In this document: positions 1 to 12,733 of the stretch, one piece after another | Layout: the number at the start of each line of letters is the position of its first letter | Numbering within the stretch: position 1 is the stretch's first letter | Made by a program: the position numbers and the translations under genes | Assembly: GCA_047495785.1 (NCBI GenBank) | Contig: JBLDXI010000055.1 | Span: 1,736,001 to 1,800,000 of the forward strand | Direction of reading: 5' to 3' | From: Lepidodermella squamata | Lineage: Eukaryota; Animalia; Gastrotricha | Length of the DNA: 64,000 bases | The notes under the pieces: generated by a model | Database searches by the model: none | What the model was told of the DNA's origin: nothing | Seen by the model: the letters and a program-made list of their open reading frames with translations, nothing else

Positions 1-243
1 TAGTTGATTGCTATCGGTTTCGATAGCGTGACAACATATAGATTAAAATCGTCGATCAAATGGCATACTTGACACGTGATAATGAAAAGCAAGCCACACC
101 AAGCATGCCCAATTTTTCGGAATACAAAAATATATAAATATGCACAATCAAGCTTAAATGGAATAAGATTGGCGCTCATCGTGACGTTTCTGAGCTGCTA
201 AAATAATTTGAAATTCAAAAATATGCTAATTTATACTAATAAT

Positions 244-1846
244 TCAACAATGGCCACATCGACAGTGGCAATTTTTCGCTGCATAGCTGGTTACAGGTCG
301 CTGATGCGTGTGATGGTAGTTGTTGCTCATGTAACGTGGTTTCGGGGCATGGCGCTGCTCCCACTCGGTCACAGCTCGGTCCTGCGAAACATAGTCCGTC
401 TTCACAGTTTTGTTGACGCCGTATTGGTTCTTATTGGTAGGCCTAAAAAATTGCAAGGTTGCGTACATGAAACAACGATCAGCAAGTATTTTCTTACATC
501 CATCGAGTTGGTGGACGCCATTGTCGAAGAAGAACGTTGAGAGGCGTCTGAGTAGTCGACTCAGATCTGTGAACATTCTCTACACGGCACGGGCTGTAAG
601 ATCGTTGATCTGTCGATAAAACGTTAATAAAAGAAAATGAACAAAGATTTTGTAGCTTGACATACTTAAAATAATGCGACTGTGTTCCGTTATTTGGTCA
701 GCCACCTTACGGCTGAGAGGGTCATTTTCTATGATGGGTACTTCGTAACACTCGCCGTACTGTTCATCGCATATGAGTTGTGAAGCTCGCGGCATATTGC
801 TGGCACTTCGCGATCGCCTCAGGCCGATCATTCTAGGCGATGAGGGCGGCGAACGCGGCCGACTTGGAAGAGGAGGCATCGGTCGGTGTTGCTTTGGCGG
901 CAAGATGACTGGAGCTGGGCGACCGGAGACCCACGGCGGCGGTAGCTGCTGGTACCACCATTTCCACCACCACGGCCAATTCGAATACAGCTTCTTGTAA
1001 TAATTGCTGCAAAAATACGGGTTGTTGTGGCCGACGGGAGAACACCCACCGTCGCCGCACGTCGGCCAGCCGTTACACTCGGCGAAGCAGTCGCCCTCGT
1101 GGTTACATCTTATGACCGTTTCCGGGCAATGCTTGTCGTTGCACAGCGATTGGCGGGCTTCGAACGGCAGTTTCAGCTCGAAAACAACCCGGTCGTAGAG
1201 ACTAGCCGGGATCCAGATAGCGGCGCCCGGTTGCAACCGTTCTGTCGGCCCGTCGAAGTAATTGACCAATAAATCTGTTGTTTGCATGTGGCAATTGCCA
1301 CCTCGCTGTTCCGAACCTTGCAAAACGGTAGCTGGGGCATAGCGACCATCGCCGACAAAGCTGAGAACATTGTCGCCCGGAACTATCGGGTGCCGGAATG
1401 CCTCCGCGAAAGAAATGATGTCGAAGACCCAGACTTCTTGTAAATTGGAACTACGAGCTCGGCCGCGGCTGCCCTGGTCGAAGAGGACGAGGAAGCGATC
1501 GCGAGAGATTTCCTGTTTCACTGTCGCCAAATGGTAATAGCCATCCTCAACACGACGAGCCAGAACTTTACGAATCATTAAATTATTTATCAGTCCAATA
1601 TTTTCAATTTTTCAACTCACCAGTTTTGCCGATTAGAGGATTTGTACAGCAGTTGGTTTCGTCAGGCAAGGGAATGTGAGTACACGGTGCGGCGAAGGGC
1701 CCGACTGGGCGGGGGTGAGGGCCGGGTGGGTGTGGCACCGGGTGACACTGATCTGCGGTGTCATAATGCCGCCACCAATAAGGATCGTACCAACTCAGCC
1801 ATGGCAATGCACCGGGCAGAGCAGCTCCAGCTTGGCAAAAGGCCAT
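244..1846 (-). CDS. DUF4537 (C11orf16/VWA3B C-terminal-like) protein, 4 exons; paralogue of the C-terminal half of the gene at 3297-6997
   Basis: Spliced model: ATG 1846, 55-nt intron 1566-1620 giving GKT|VLARRVEDGYYHLATV (DUF4537-type motif), two more GT-AG introns, stop at 244. Shares WPWWWK.WYQ and AIWIP..LY.R..FEL.LP with the 3297-6997 gene. Confidence 0.75.
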
Positions 1847-2052
1847 ATTATTGTGAAATAAAAACCTAATAGAAATCGAAATAATTTTATATAAACCGAA
1901 ATTGCAAGGCGAATCAACGGCAAGCATTCAAAAGTAGAATAACAATCAGCAATATCATTTCTAAAGGAAAATATTCTCAGCAGTATTGAGGCACCGAGTT
2001 CGGAAAGATTAAAAAATTAGGTATCAAGTCAAATAAAAAGAAGTTTTGCATA

Positions 2053-3021
2053 TCAACGCACATCCCAGGGAGCGGGAAGAGCTGATTTTTTCGTAAAGCA
2101 GTAGTAGCCAATGTTGCCTTGTGAGCGATTTTCAACGGCCGCATTTTTATTTGAATTTGAGCTGTTTAGAGTTCGATTATTTGATGAGCTCGCACGATTA
2201 TTTGTCGCACCTGTAAAGAATGGGAATATGAATTTCACGTCATTTTTTAATTAATCAAACTCACTCAGAGCGTTGTATATCTCATCTTCCTCAACTTCGA
2301 CCTTGCGATTAATTTGAGAGACGTCAGTCGAATAGGTCCGCCGAATGATCACGTTCTTCGTTTTTTGCAAGGGAAAGGGACGGCGGGGCAAGCGTTTGTT
2401 GTCTAATGCAACCGTCGAGGCTACGTAATTTCCAACATCGTCGACTTCGGTCACTATGAAACAGCCCCCTGAGAGTTTCGCCAAGTCTTGCATAAACGCC
2501 ACGCCATCTCGATTTGTCATCAAAGTCGCTGGGTACACGCAGTTGATAGGCCGACCGAGTGCGGCGTCAACTGCGTTTTGAACGGCATTGCCGATGCTTT
2601 GAACGGGCCGGCTGTTGCTGAACACGAACAGAGCTTCGCATTTGCGGTCGTCCAAGGCTGTAAAAATAGCTGTCAAGTGGCTGCACTCCCATTTCATAGT
2701 GGTAGTCAAGCGCGAAATCCAATAGGATGCACTGGCCACATTCTCAGGTATACAAGGAACGCATCGGTACGCCTAAGTGTGAGCAATAGCAAAAGTAGCA
2801 CCTTATTAATTTCCGCCCTGCTCGCAACTTACCCAAGCATCCAGTTTTGTGTTGAACGCAATAATGTTGAAATAAGCGCCAGGTTTGTCAAGAAGATCGT
2901 AAAGAGCGTCAATTACAACTTTTTTGACAGCACGAAGGCAGTAGTACATGCTTCGAGACGTGTCGATCAAAAAGGTAAAACAACTCTCCTCGGCTTTTTT
3001 GACCAAACTGATATCTGCCAT
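2053..3021 (-). CDS. VWA-domain protein (VWA3-like), 3 exons; paralogue of the N-terminal half of the gene at 3297-6997
   Basis: FTFLIDTSRSM (DxSxS), FNIIAF, GRPINCVY, LAKLSGGCF. Two GT-AG introns join ORFs 2806-3021, 2251-2739 and 2053-2238 in frame. Confidence 0.75.
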
Positions 3022-3296
3022 CTCAATTTTAAGTGCGGCCAGCCTAAAAAAAGGAAAAACATATCATTTCACGATCATTTTAAACAGTGAAAAGTGAAAA
3101 TTGTCGTAGTCAACCGAGCAGCTTTTTCATAGGTTCCGCTTTAGCGGAATCATAGCATTGGAATATATTCAAGTCACAGCAGCGATTACAATTGCATATA
3201 ATTATCTTATAGTGTCTATGCTTCCTTAAAATACAACACGAATCACAAAACACTGAGATCAATAAATAATAGAGGCCCGATTCATCATCATCATCA

Positions 3297-6200
3297 TCAT
3301 TTAGATTCAGCTGGAGCCGAAGGTTGCGATGGCGGAGGTGGAGCCGGTATCGGAGTCTTCGCTGAAGATTCCTGTGAGGCAGGCGGATTTGCGCTGGGTT
3401 GCGGAGCTGCAGAGCTGACAGTCTTTTGTGGAAATTACATGTATGACAATAAAATAAAATCATCTTCAGTATTACTTGTTCGGTGGTAATCTCTGTAATT
3501 GTAATAACCTGGGAAGATTTTCCTCCCCTCCTGGCTCTTCTCTCGCTTCTCCGGCTTTCGCGTGGCTCACCAAGACCGGTGTCGTTTTGATGGCGAGCCT
3601 CGACTTCAGCTCGCTTTTGTTGAAGAGCCGCAACGCGGTCTTTTTCGTGTTCGAAATTGCGCTCTTCCTTATCGGCAAACCAAGCATTTACTGCAGCATT
3701 ATAGCTTTGCCTTGCAGCCATCACTCTGTTTTGCTTCGCATCATTTTGCCGTTCTCTTTCTTGCTCATATGCCATACGTTGCATATGATGAGCCCGCCTT
3801 GATCGTGTTTGATCAACAGGTGGCATGTTCTTGTTTAGAACAGGCAGTCCAGCAGTTGGTAGGTCATCATGGAAGGAAACGCATCTTGTTGGCGAGTAGT
3901 CTTCGTAGTAAGTCGATTCGCGCCCGATGTGATTATCTTCATAATGGCGGCGTTCGGTGTGAAAATGAGGCTGAGCGCTCCCTCTTGATGCTTTTGCCTG
4001 TTGTGGGATACGTGGACGAGGTTTTGGCTCTGTTTTGTCGAACCATTCAGATAAGCCGCGGTCCTTCCTCGCATAGTCGACATATTCCTTTTCGACGCGC
4101 GAGCCAGCTGATTTGGCACTTCGATGCTCGTATAAGTCCCATTTACTCAGTTCAGCGTCACCTATTTAATATAAACAACATTATATTCAGTATTTACGTT
4201 GTCTACCGTAACCACTGAGCTTTTCATGATTTTTTATTCGGCCACTGTCTCCTATTTATCACATGGATGTCGCTGCGTTGATCTAATTCGCAGCTAGCAT
4301 ATTTTGGCTAAATACTTAAGCGCATACTGAAAGCCTTTCAAAATTAAGTGAATGCGTGATCCACTCCAGCTGCATACTACCTGGTGAATGTAAGTAATTT
4401 GTCTTGAAAAAAACCCGATATTCATCAAAATTTAGGAGCTTCGGTCCATCGAATCTCTCATTTTCGTTTACGGCTCCGCCTGAAAATTGAAAATGCGTCT
4501 AATTCCTTTACTTGATAATTCACGTCTTGGCGACTTTTTCCGCGGCTTCGCCATCTGCGGCTCGAACCATCGTTGCTCATCGCGGGGATCTTCGTCTTTG
4601 TATAGCGAGTCCACGTATTCCTCACGGCGTCGCATAGGGGAAATAACCCGCTCGCGCTCTCGCTGCTGATCGAATGGTTCCTCAGCTTTCCAATACCTTA
4701 TTAAAAAAATATGAACATTGCAAAACTAAAGAGGAAATCGAACTAATCGAATCATACCTCCATTGCGATCTCTCTCCTCTGGGGCTTCTCGCAGCACTCC
4801 TTCTTAGATCTTGTTCGTTGGTTTGAGTTCCACTATCATCGGTGTAAGCTACGCGAATTGGGCTGGCGGAACGTCTTGCAGCCAAATAACGATAAGTTTC
4901 AGCAGAGTCGTCGATGAAAATTTCCTCGACAACAGGATTCCGCGTCAAATGACGAGAATAAGGATTGGCCACTTTATCGTAATCGATGTATCCATCGCCA
5001 TCAGCTGCGACACGTTTCACAACTGTTGGAATAACGATTTTCCGCTCTGGCATGGGGGCACGGAGTATTTTTGTTCTTTTCACGACACGAGGGGGAACAC
5101 GTGGTGGCCGCTGAACAGGGTAACGCTGATACCACATCTTCCACCACCATGGCCATTGTGGGTATAATTTTTCGTAATATTCGTGATCTCCTCCATGACT
5201 TGGATTCTCATCGACCAATACTTCCTCGTATTCAACTTCATCAGGCTCACCTTCCTCGCAGACTTCCACAACTTCGGTTTCAACATCGTATGACTGTGAA
5301 ATGCTTGTTTCCAAAGCTTTTCTAGCAGCCTGGGGAAGGCGTAACTCAAACGAAATTCTCTCGTAAAGTTTACTTGGAATCCAAATCGCCGTTCCAATTT
5401 CCTATAATCACATAGGTTCACATATAATCTAATTGTGAATTTATCGTCAGAACCTACCAAAGTCTCTGTACGGCCGTCCAAGTGGTTAACAACAAGATTT
5501 TTATCGTGACCACCCGCTGTTATTCAAGAAAGCAGCTTATATTTTCATGACACACTAATATCAATTTTGTTACCCGGATTACTACGATTTTCGCTTCCTT
5601 GAAGTACAACCGCAGGAGAATATTTACCACTTTCCAGAGGAACGAGTACTCGATCGCCTGATAAATTAAAATGATATGATATTAATATTATGCATTTGAA
5701 GCCAACTGAAAACTAACCAGGAAGTATGGGATGACGGAAGGCGTCGACGAATGAAATAATATCGTAAATCCAAACCTCTTGAAAAATTGTGTCTCGGTAC
5801 TTCCCTTTTTTAAGCTCGTCAAATTGGACGAGGAATCGGTCGTGTGAGACCTAATATTTAATTAAAATTATTTATTTAAGATATGATTGAAGAATGTTAC
5901 CTCGCTCTTCACCCGACCCAAATAATAGTAACCATCCTCAATCTTTCTTGCCAGCACTAAGAGTTTAAGTGCAATAATACTCTGGTGAAAAGCTCTGGGT
6001 TTTACCTTTTTTATCGAGCAATAGAACCCCAGCCCCTGGCAGCGCGGGAGAGCCCAACATGGCTCCATGCAAATCGCTGTGAGAAATATTCAGCCTAGCC
6101 GAATGGTAGCGCGTCAGCGGCAAGGGATTAGGAGGTTGTTTTGAATGATGAGGGTAATTAACCATTATCTCCCTGTTCCACCAAAGTGAATCGTGTTCGC

Positions 6201-6997
6201 TGAGTGATAGATTTGCAGAATAAAAAATACTGTAAAAATGTATTCCTACCTCAGCCATGGAAGACTTATGTCATGAATCGAGCCTTCATTGCTATGGCGA
6301 ATAGGAGTCACCACTGCACTGCAAAACTTCTCGCGAGAATGAATGTCGGCCCTTTTGGGCCGAACATGTCGTTGCTCAGATTCGAAAATGAGTCTAGCCT
6401 GTTGAAACCTTCCACTTTCGCTAACTTCTAACACTCTAAATGATCCACGTGTCTCCCATGCTAAATCATGCAGGAGTTCTTCGGCGGCCGGATCACTAAG
6501 TGCTGATGCTAGATATATGCAATTAACTGGGCGGCCCTGAGCGGAGAAGAAGGCGCTTTCGATAACATCCGCTTTACTCTCAGGTGGAAGGCTATTACTA
6601 ATGACGTAAATTGCATCACAATTTTTATCTGCAAACGCAGTTTGTATAGCTTCAAGTAAACGATTTCCAGTAGAGGATTCCAATCCACGTATCCATCTGC
6701 TCGCAGCAGCAATAGTTTGTTCGTTACATTTAATGCAACGATCAGCCTTTCATAAAAAAAATTCATATACAAAATGAAGCCATGCCAAATCTCATGAAAG
6801 CATACCCATGGCTTTACATTACGGCTGAATTCAACCAAATTGAAAGTCGAGTCTTCACGTTCTGCTATTTCTAGCAAAGTCTCGATAAGATTCTCCTGAA
6901 CGTTTCGAAGGCAGAAGTACATGCTTCCACTTGTATCAATGAGGAATGTAACATTTTTTTCAGCGATCGGACCAAAAAGGCTATTGATATTAGCCAT
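3297..6997 (-). CDS. VWA + DUF4537 + low-complexity/coiled-coil tail protein (VWA3B/C11orf16-like), multi-exon
   Basis: ATG 6997 MANINSLFGPIAEKNVTFLIDTSGSM; VLARKIEDGYYYLG; EIGTAIWIPSKLYERISFELRLP. GT-AG introns connect the frame through to the coiled-coil ORF (3826-3480) and TGA at 3297. Exons near 4200-4480 are the least certain. Confidence 0.75.
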
Positions 6998-7329
6998 GAT
7001 TACGAAAGGGAGCGATAGCCGGAAGTAGTCGAGATGAGTTGACAACTGCCAAAACAAACTACGTTAATCGGTGCCCGGGCGTTGCTAAGATAAACAAACT
7101 ATAATATTTATTCAGTATTATTCAAATTTTAGTTTTGCTTTATAAAATTATACAAAATAAACCGCGTGTGAATAAAACCCCGCGGGAATTTAAGTTATTC
7201 GTTCCCGTTCGTCGCGTTCTGTTTTTAGTAAATCAATCAATCAATCATTCATTATTTCTTATTCGAAAATGATAATAATGCACCAATGTTATAATAAGTT
7301 TTATACAGTAAACAAATTCGAACATGAGG

Positions 7330-7600
7330 ACGCTAGGCATTGTTCCTTTATTTTGCGCCTGACATCTTTGTGGAATTCACTACCTAATAATATCACCAGT
7401 ATTTACTCTACATTGATTTTTCCTACCTATCCTGCCGAACATGTAATCTTTGTACCATTCCTCCTGTATCTAAGTATGTATACAGTTGTATGCATCATGC
7501 TGTAATTAATTTTATGCAGTCCCGGACGCCTTGTTCTTTGCGCTCGAGCCTCCCTTTGCCACCTTTGTACTCATTCTGAATTCTGTAAACATTATGACTA
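7330..7600 (+). mobile_element. Short 3' fragment of a CR1/L2-group LINE ORF2
   Basis: Peptide SFILRLTSLWNSLPNNI matches the typical SFxxRxxxLWNSLP C-terminal motif. An (AATC)n microsatellite lies nearby at about 7230-7250. Boundaries approximate. Confidence 0.45.
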
Positions 7601-7636
7601 ATAATAGGTGCAAAGCGAACGGTAAACAATAAAGAT

Positions 7637-10600
7637 TTGAGATTTGAGAAGAAAATAATCGATATTCTAGGTACGATTAAACATCACACAATAATCTCTT
7701 TTGCCGAAACTTTCGGAAACGAACCAAAAACACTACCTGGTTTTAATGTTATATCGTCTCCACCGACTCGCGACCCTGTATCTCGAAAACCAAGCGGTGG
7801 TTTGACCGTTGGAATTCGCAACGATATTCCTTACTGTCTTTTGCGTATAGACGATTCTTTTATCGCATTTAAAGTCACAACCTCTGTATTTTCATCAGCA
7901 CTTGAAACCATCGATATTTTTGTCGTGTATGTAAGACCTTATTCTCCTGCCTACCAGGCCAAAATCATTGAGAAATTGTGCAATGCACACAACTCGCTCT
8001 CTTCCCATTACGACTTCCCCGTGTTGATTGGTGACTTCAATACTCGTATTGGTGATTTGTCTGAATTCCTACTTGATGATGCGTTTTTATCCCCTCTTTC
8101 GGCACGAAAATCGAAGGATATAACTTCATCCACGCCGTCGTTGACTGAAGAATTCTTTGCACTGTGTAACGAGCTATCCTGCTACGTCGCCAATGGTAGA
8201 TGTACTGGTGACCTTGACGGAGAATTCACCTTCGTCAATTCGAACGGGAAATCTGTTATCGATTACTGTCTTCTCCCTCCACACCTACTTTTAGACGAAC
8301 GAGCCGAATTCGAGGTATGCCAAGATGTCATCGATAGCGATCACTTCCCAATCGTCTTTAACTTTAGTGTGGAATGCTCTGCTACTCAAAATCGAACGGG
8401 ATCTACATCGATTAGTAGGACCCGCTTTGACCCAGCCAAGTTTCATACTCTTTTATCGCATTTAAAGTCACAACCTCTGTACTTTTCTAACAAATGATAT
8501 CAACTATCGCGCAGAGATAGATAAAATAAATTCTGTTTTTGCTAATCCTGAGGTGTCCTTGCGTTCGCTTCTAGACCTGGTTGGTAACTTCTTTACCAAG
8601 CAAGAGGTTTCCTTCCTACAAAGTAATAGATCCGACGTAGACTCAGATGACAGACCTAGTTTGAATGACAATAATGCGTTTTGTTTGTATAGACAGAATC
8701 TCTTAAAATCTCGTAAAATGCGGCGAATAATGAACCGCAATAAAGAAATAAGCGAAATCAACTGTGATAAATCTAAAAGATCGCTTTAAATCAACGACAG
8801 CTGTTCCACAGCTCCGACCACTAATGGACGAGTGGGTTAGCTTCTTCACTGAATTGTACCGCAGACGCTATGTGCCTACCCCTCTGTTAGAGCTAACTCC
8901 GCCTGATTCCATCTTGGATGCCCCGCTCACACTGTCCGAGGTGAAACATGCTATAGCCCAGCAAAAAAGCTGGCAAAGCACCCGGACCGGATGGCATTAC
9001 AGCAGATTTTATTAAATTACAGTGAATTAACTTCATCTTTCTTTTCGGCAACTCTCTTTAAAATCTTTGAACCCTGTTTCTCCGGCTCTCCTCTACCGTC
9101 TGGCTTAAACCTATCTCTTATTTCCGCCCTCTTCAAAAAAGGTGACTCATCTAAACCTGAAAACTACCGCCGATTATCGCTATTATCAGTCATCTACAAA
9201 ATTTACTCTTCCATTCTTAAATTTAGACTAGAATGGTGCTTGACTTACGAAATACTCCCTGAAGAACAATTTGGATTCAAAAAAGGACTATCCAGACTTC
9301 ACGCCGCCTTTGTCTTCCACTCGCTAGCCACTTATCAAATTCACGATCGCGGAAAACTCTTATTTATTTGTCTTATTGACTTTACTAAGGCTTTCGATAC
9401 TGTGCCTCACAATCGTTTTTTCTATAAATGTCAACGTTTAGGAATTTCAAAATCGTTTGTAGATAAATTAGGAACATTATACTGCAATGCCAATGCCAAA
9501 ATGAAAGTAGGAAAATGTATCTCACTGGCCCATGTTGCTATCGAACGCGGTGTCAGGCAGGGTGATGTTCTCGGTCCGATTCTATATAATCTATACACCG
9601 CTGATCTACCGCTATGTCTGGCTGAAAATGCCAAGAATCTTTCAGATATTCCTAAATTATTATCAACCAAGGTACTGTGTGTGTTATACGCTGACGATTC
9701 GACACCCACGGCAACGAACCCGACCGACCTGCAAATAGATAAACTCTCTGATTACTCTGCCAGGGAAGGTCTCGCTCCGAACCCTGCCAAAACTAAAGTG
9801 CTCATTTTTTCCTTAGCTTCGATACCTGATGATCGTTTCTCTTTTAACATGAACGGCATTCCTCTGAAAGTAGTTGGATCAGATCTATATTTAGGCATAC
9901 CCATCTCGCACGACCTCAGTTGGAATGAAGCAATCGCAAACGCCATCAATCGCGGACATAACGCCTACAACGCAATATCCTCGCATAGAATTGAGCTAAA
10001 TTTGGTAAATATTGCAAATATAGACACTCTTCTCAGGCAAAATAGAATCCGCAATGTTGGCTGGTTCTGAGCTATGGGGTCTCTTCTCTCCTTCTCAGAC
10101 AGCGAAGTTAGATAGTGTATGCTACAAATGTTATTAAAAAAATCCCATTTGGTACCTTTTACAGCCTCTAACCTTTCTACTTCTTTCGTCTTTGGGATTA
10201 TCCCACCCAGCATTAGAGCCAAGCTGAATTCAGTTCGTTTTATCTGCGGTGTGACATCATGCTAAAACCCTCTTTACTTTTTTCTGGCACTCTCACCCCA
10301 AACTTGGTGTACTTAATCCGATCCTAGCAGCAAAAAAATTTCTCATATCCTATAACATAGAACCTTACTTCTGGTTTCTTCGAGACTCGACCAGATTTGC
10401 TGAAGTAGAACAACATATACAAGACTGTTTTAAAACTGATATATCTATTAAATTTCATTATAGGTACGATAACATATATCCATCCATTAGCGACTTCTTC
10501 TGAATTTGGTATTGCCAAACGCTTCGAGGCTCTACCCTGCGATCTCAGATCCACAGCTCTGCAATTTCTTACTAATAGTATTTTCCTCAACCTAAAACAT

Positions 10601-10860
10601 TTCATTTTCAATGTAAAAGACACAGTGTGTATATTTTGTAAGGAAACTGTTATTTTTCGCCTCATGGCAAACCACCTGTCTTATTTCTGCTGTAATGGAA
10701 TCGACAGCGTTGCCAATATAACTCGCCTGAAAGAAGCCGCAACATATTGCGAAAGTCAGAGGGTAGTAATGGAGCTTATGGCCTCCTCTGTTATGCAGAG
10801 AAATATCAATGTGAACATGAATACTACTTAAACTACTCTCCACTCTCCAATTCCTATTCC
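7637..10860 (+). mobile_element. Degenerate non-LTR retrotransposon ORF2 (APE endonuclease + reverse transcriptase + C-terminal CCHC-like), possibly RTE-X-like
   Basis: APE motifs FAET, LIGDFN, NGRCTGDLDGEFTF..SVIDY, SDHFPI. RT motifs FKKGD..PENYR, EEQFGF, IDFTKAFDTV, GVRQGDVLGP, LYADD, YLGI. CIFC...H...C near 10625. Broken by stops and frameshifts at about 8497, 8790, 9000 and 10070. Confidence 0.92.
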
Positions 10861-11146
10861 TTGGGCCTCCAGTTTTTTTGGTAAAACCGTGCGCTAAGAA
10901 GGTTCCCGCTAACCCTAGCCTAGAAGGGCAACTCTAGAGAGCGTGGTTTTAATGCAGTTAATATTCGTGTAATGCGCTCTTAATAACGGATGCCTTGGAT
11001 CGACCTTGAACTGATCTTTTTGCATGCTGATGATTTGATATTTGACACCATCTCACTGCATTATTTCAGCCCCTAGCACCTAGATGATTGATGATTCGCA
11101 TGTTAATCGATGGTGATTAATTTATTTTATTAGGAAACTTATCAAA

Positions 11147-12349
11147 ATGACGCATGAAAAAATGAATAATTGCTGTCTCATATTTGTCGACGGGCATATG
11201 AGCGATTTCAACATGGAAGATGTTTCAATAGCAATTCGAAACTCGATTCTCCCCCTGCATTGCCTTCCCGGTTTTCCTTTGTTTAATGCTTTGGGAATTT
11301 ACGTCATAAGTAAGAATCGGATCTTGATAAACTACCCAGTACAAAATCCATTCCGAAATATTCAATCTTTATTGCGATCGCTTTCTGAGATGCGACAGAC
11401 AACTGATATTGACAGCCCGCGAGCAAAAGCTGTCGGTCGAAGCGATGCGAACTTGGAGAAACTGATTAACGATAAGAACAGAACAACCAGAGTGAAATGG
11501 AATATCATAGCTTTTCACGTGGCTGGCTATGACCTGTTATCGTCAGACTTGGTCTGTGAATTTGTGTCAAATATTTCTGCGCCGTTGAAAACCGTTACAG
11601 TCATTCGAAGTGACAGCCAGAAGCGAGATGAAAAGAATTCAGAAGTGGACTTAGTTTCAGAGGTGCACTATGTCTCAAATGGCTTCGAATTGACGAAACG
11701 GATGAAATGTTTATTTCTGCAACGACTGAACGAAAAATTGGAACTGAAAATTTACTTGGCAGAGAGGGTGATTAATGCTAACATGCAAATTACTTTCATT
11801 CCACCGGGAATTTTTTTCGATAATTGCCACGTACATACGCCCTTTTTATTGAAGAATATGCTGGGAACTTCGGTTACTTTCGAAGCTCCGCTGTCTGGCC
11901 ACAAGCCTGCAAAAAAGAAAGCTAATTCAGCAGAATTCTCCGAAGTGGTTTTTTCTTGCGTTGCTACAATCCAAAATAATGATCTCCCCATTGATGTGTT
12001 ATATGGTCCTCCAATTGCGGTGTTTTCGGAAGGTGGATATAGCGGATTCGATGAGCTGATTTCAACATTATTATCTGATGGCTTGACAATGATATGCCGT
12101 CAAATGAAACCTACGAGCGACTTGCAACCTTTCTTCGCTCTGATTCCAGGTGAGATCGGCGGCCGTAGTGTTTTACGTCGTCTCGTTATTTCAGATTTTC
12201 TGCTGCCAACATCTACATCTGTCATGGACTGTCCGATTCTTAACCCCGAAGATAACATCCTCAGCAAGATACCTCTTTGGCGCGATGAACTGGATCATAT
12301 TGTAGCAAAATTGAAAGGAAACCTTTGGAACAAACTTCTGCGAAAATGA
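11147..12349 (+). CDS. M1AP: Meiosis 1 arrest protein-like (divergent, intronless)
   Basis: 400-aa single ORF. Motifs LPIDVLYGPPI, FDELISTLL, FFALIP..VLRRLVISDFLLP and the N-terminal ALGIYVI..INYPVQ resemble recalled M1AP motifs (LTYGLPF, FHALCHSLL, FYVIMP..LVKAVATRELMLP). Confidence 0.65.
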   Translation: MTHEKMNNCCLIFVDGHMSDFNMEDVSIAIRNSILPLHCLPGFPLFNALGIYVISKNRILINYPVQNPFRNIQSLLRSLSEMRQTTDIDSPRAKAVGRSDANLEKLINDKNRTTRVKWNIIAFHVAGYDLLSSDLVCEFVSNISAPLKTVTVIRSDSQKRDEKNSEVDLVSEVHYVSNGFELTKRMKCLFLQRLNEKLELKIYLAERVINANMQITFIPPGIFFDNCHVHTPFLLKNMLGTSVTFEAPLSGHKPAKKKANSAEFSEVVFSCVATIQNNDLPIDVLYGPPIAVFSEGGYSGFDELISTLLSDGLTMICRQMKPTSDLQPFFALIPGEIGGRSVLRRLVISDFLLPTSTSVMDCPILNPEDNILSKIPLWRDELDHIVAKLKGNLWNKLLRK

Positions 12350-12733
12350 TGAACCAGACATTGTCTGTTGATTAAATTGGCTCAATATCTAATTTGCACC
12401 AAGATCGAATGACCTCCTTTGTTAATGATTTATGATTGCTTCTCTCTTTGAAAAAATAAAGGCATTCAAAGCAATTAATGATTTTTTGGAAATGCAAGAC
12501 GTTCATATCGAGAATTGGTCAAAAATCCATCGTGCTCAATTTTAATAGTTTGTTCAACACATTGATCCTGTATTCATGATCAAATCAGAGGTCAACAAAG
12601 TTTCATAGATACTCTTATGACGTATTTAATGCTACAAATAATCAAGCGGTTGAAACGAAAATATTCCTTTTGCGAGTTAGTAGTAGTTGAATAAGAAAAA
12701 TAGGCCTTAACGAAGAATGCCATCTGTTTCGGT

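Noticed and set aside
3110-3826. Stand-alone coiled-coil gene suggested by the ORF track
   Set aside because: The frame is open upstream to an acceptor at about 4162 and splices to the VWA-DUF4537 gene, so it is that gene's C-terminal part.
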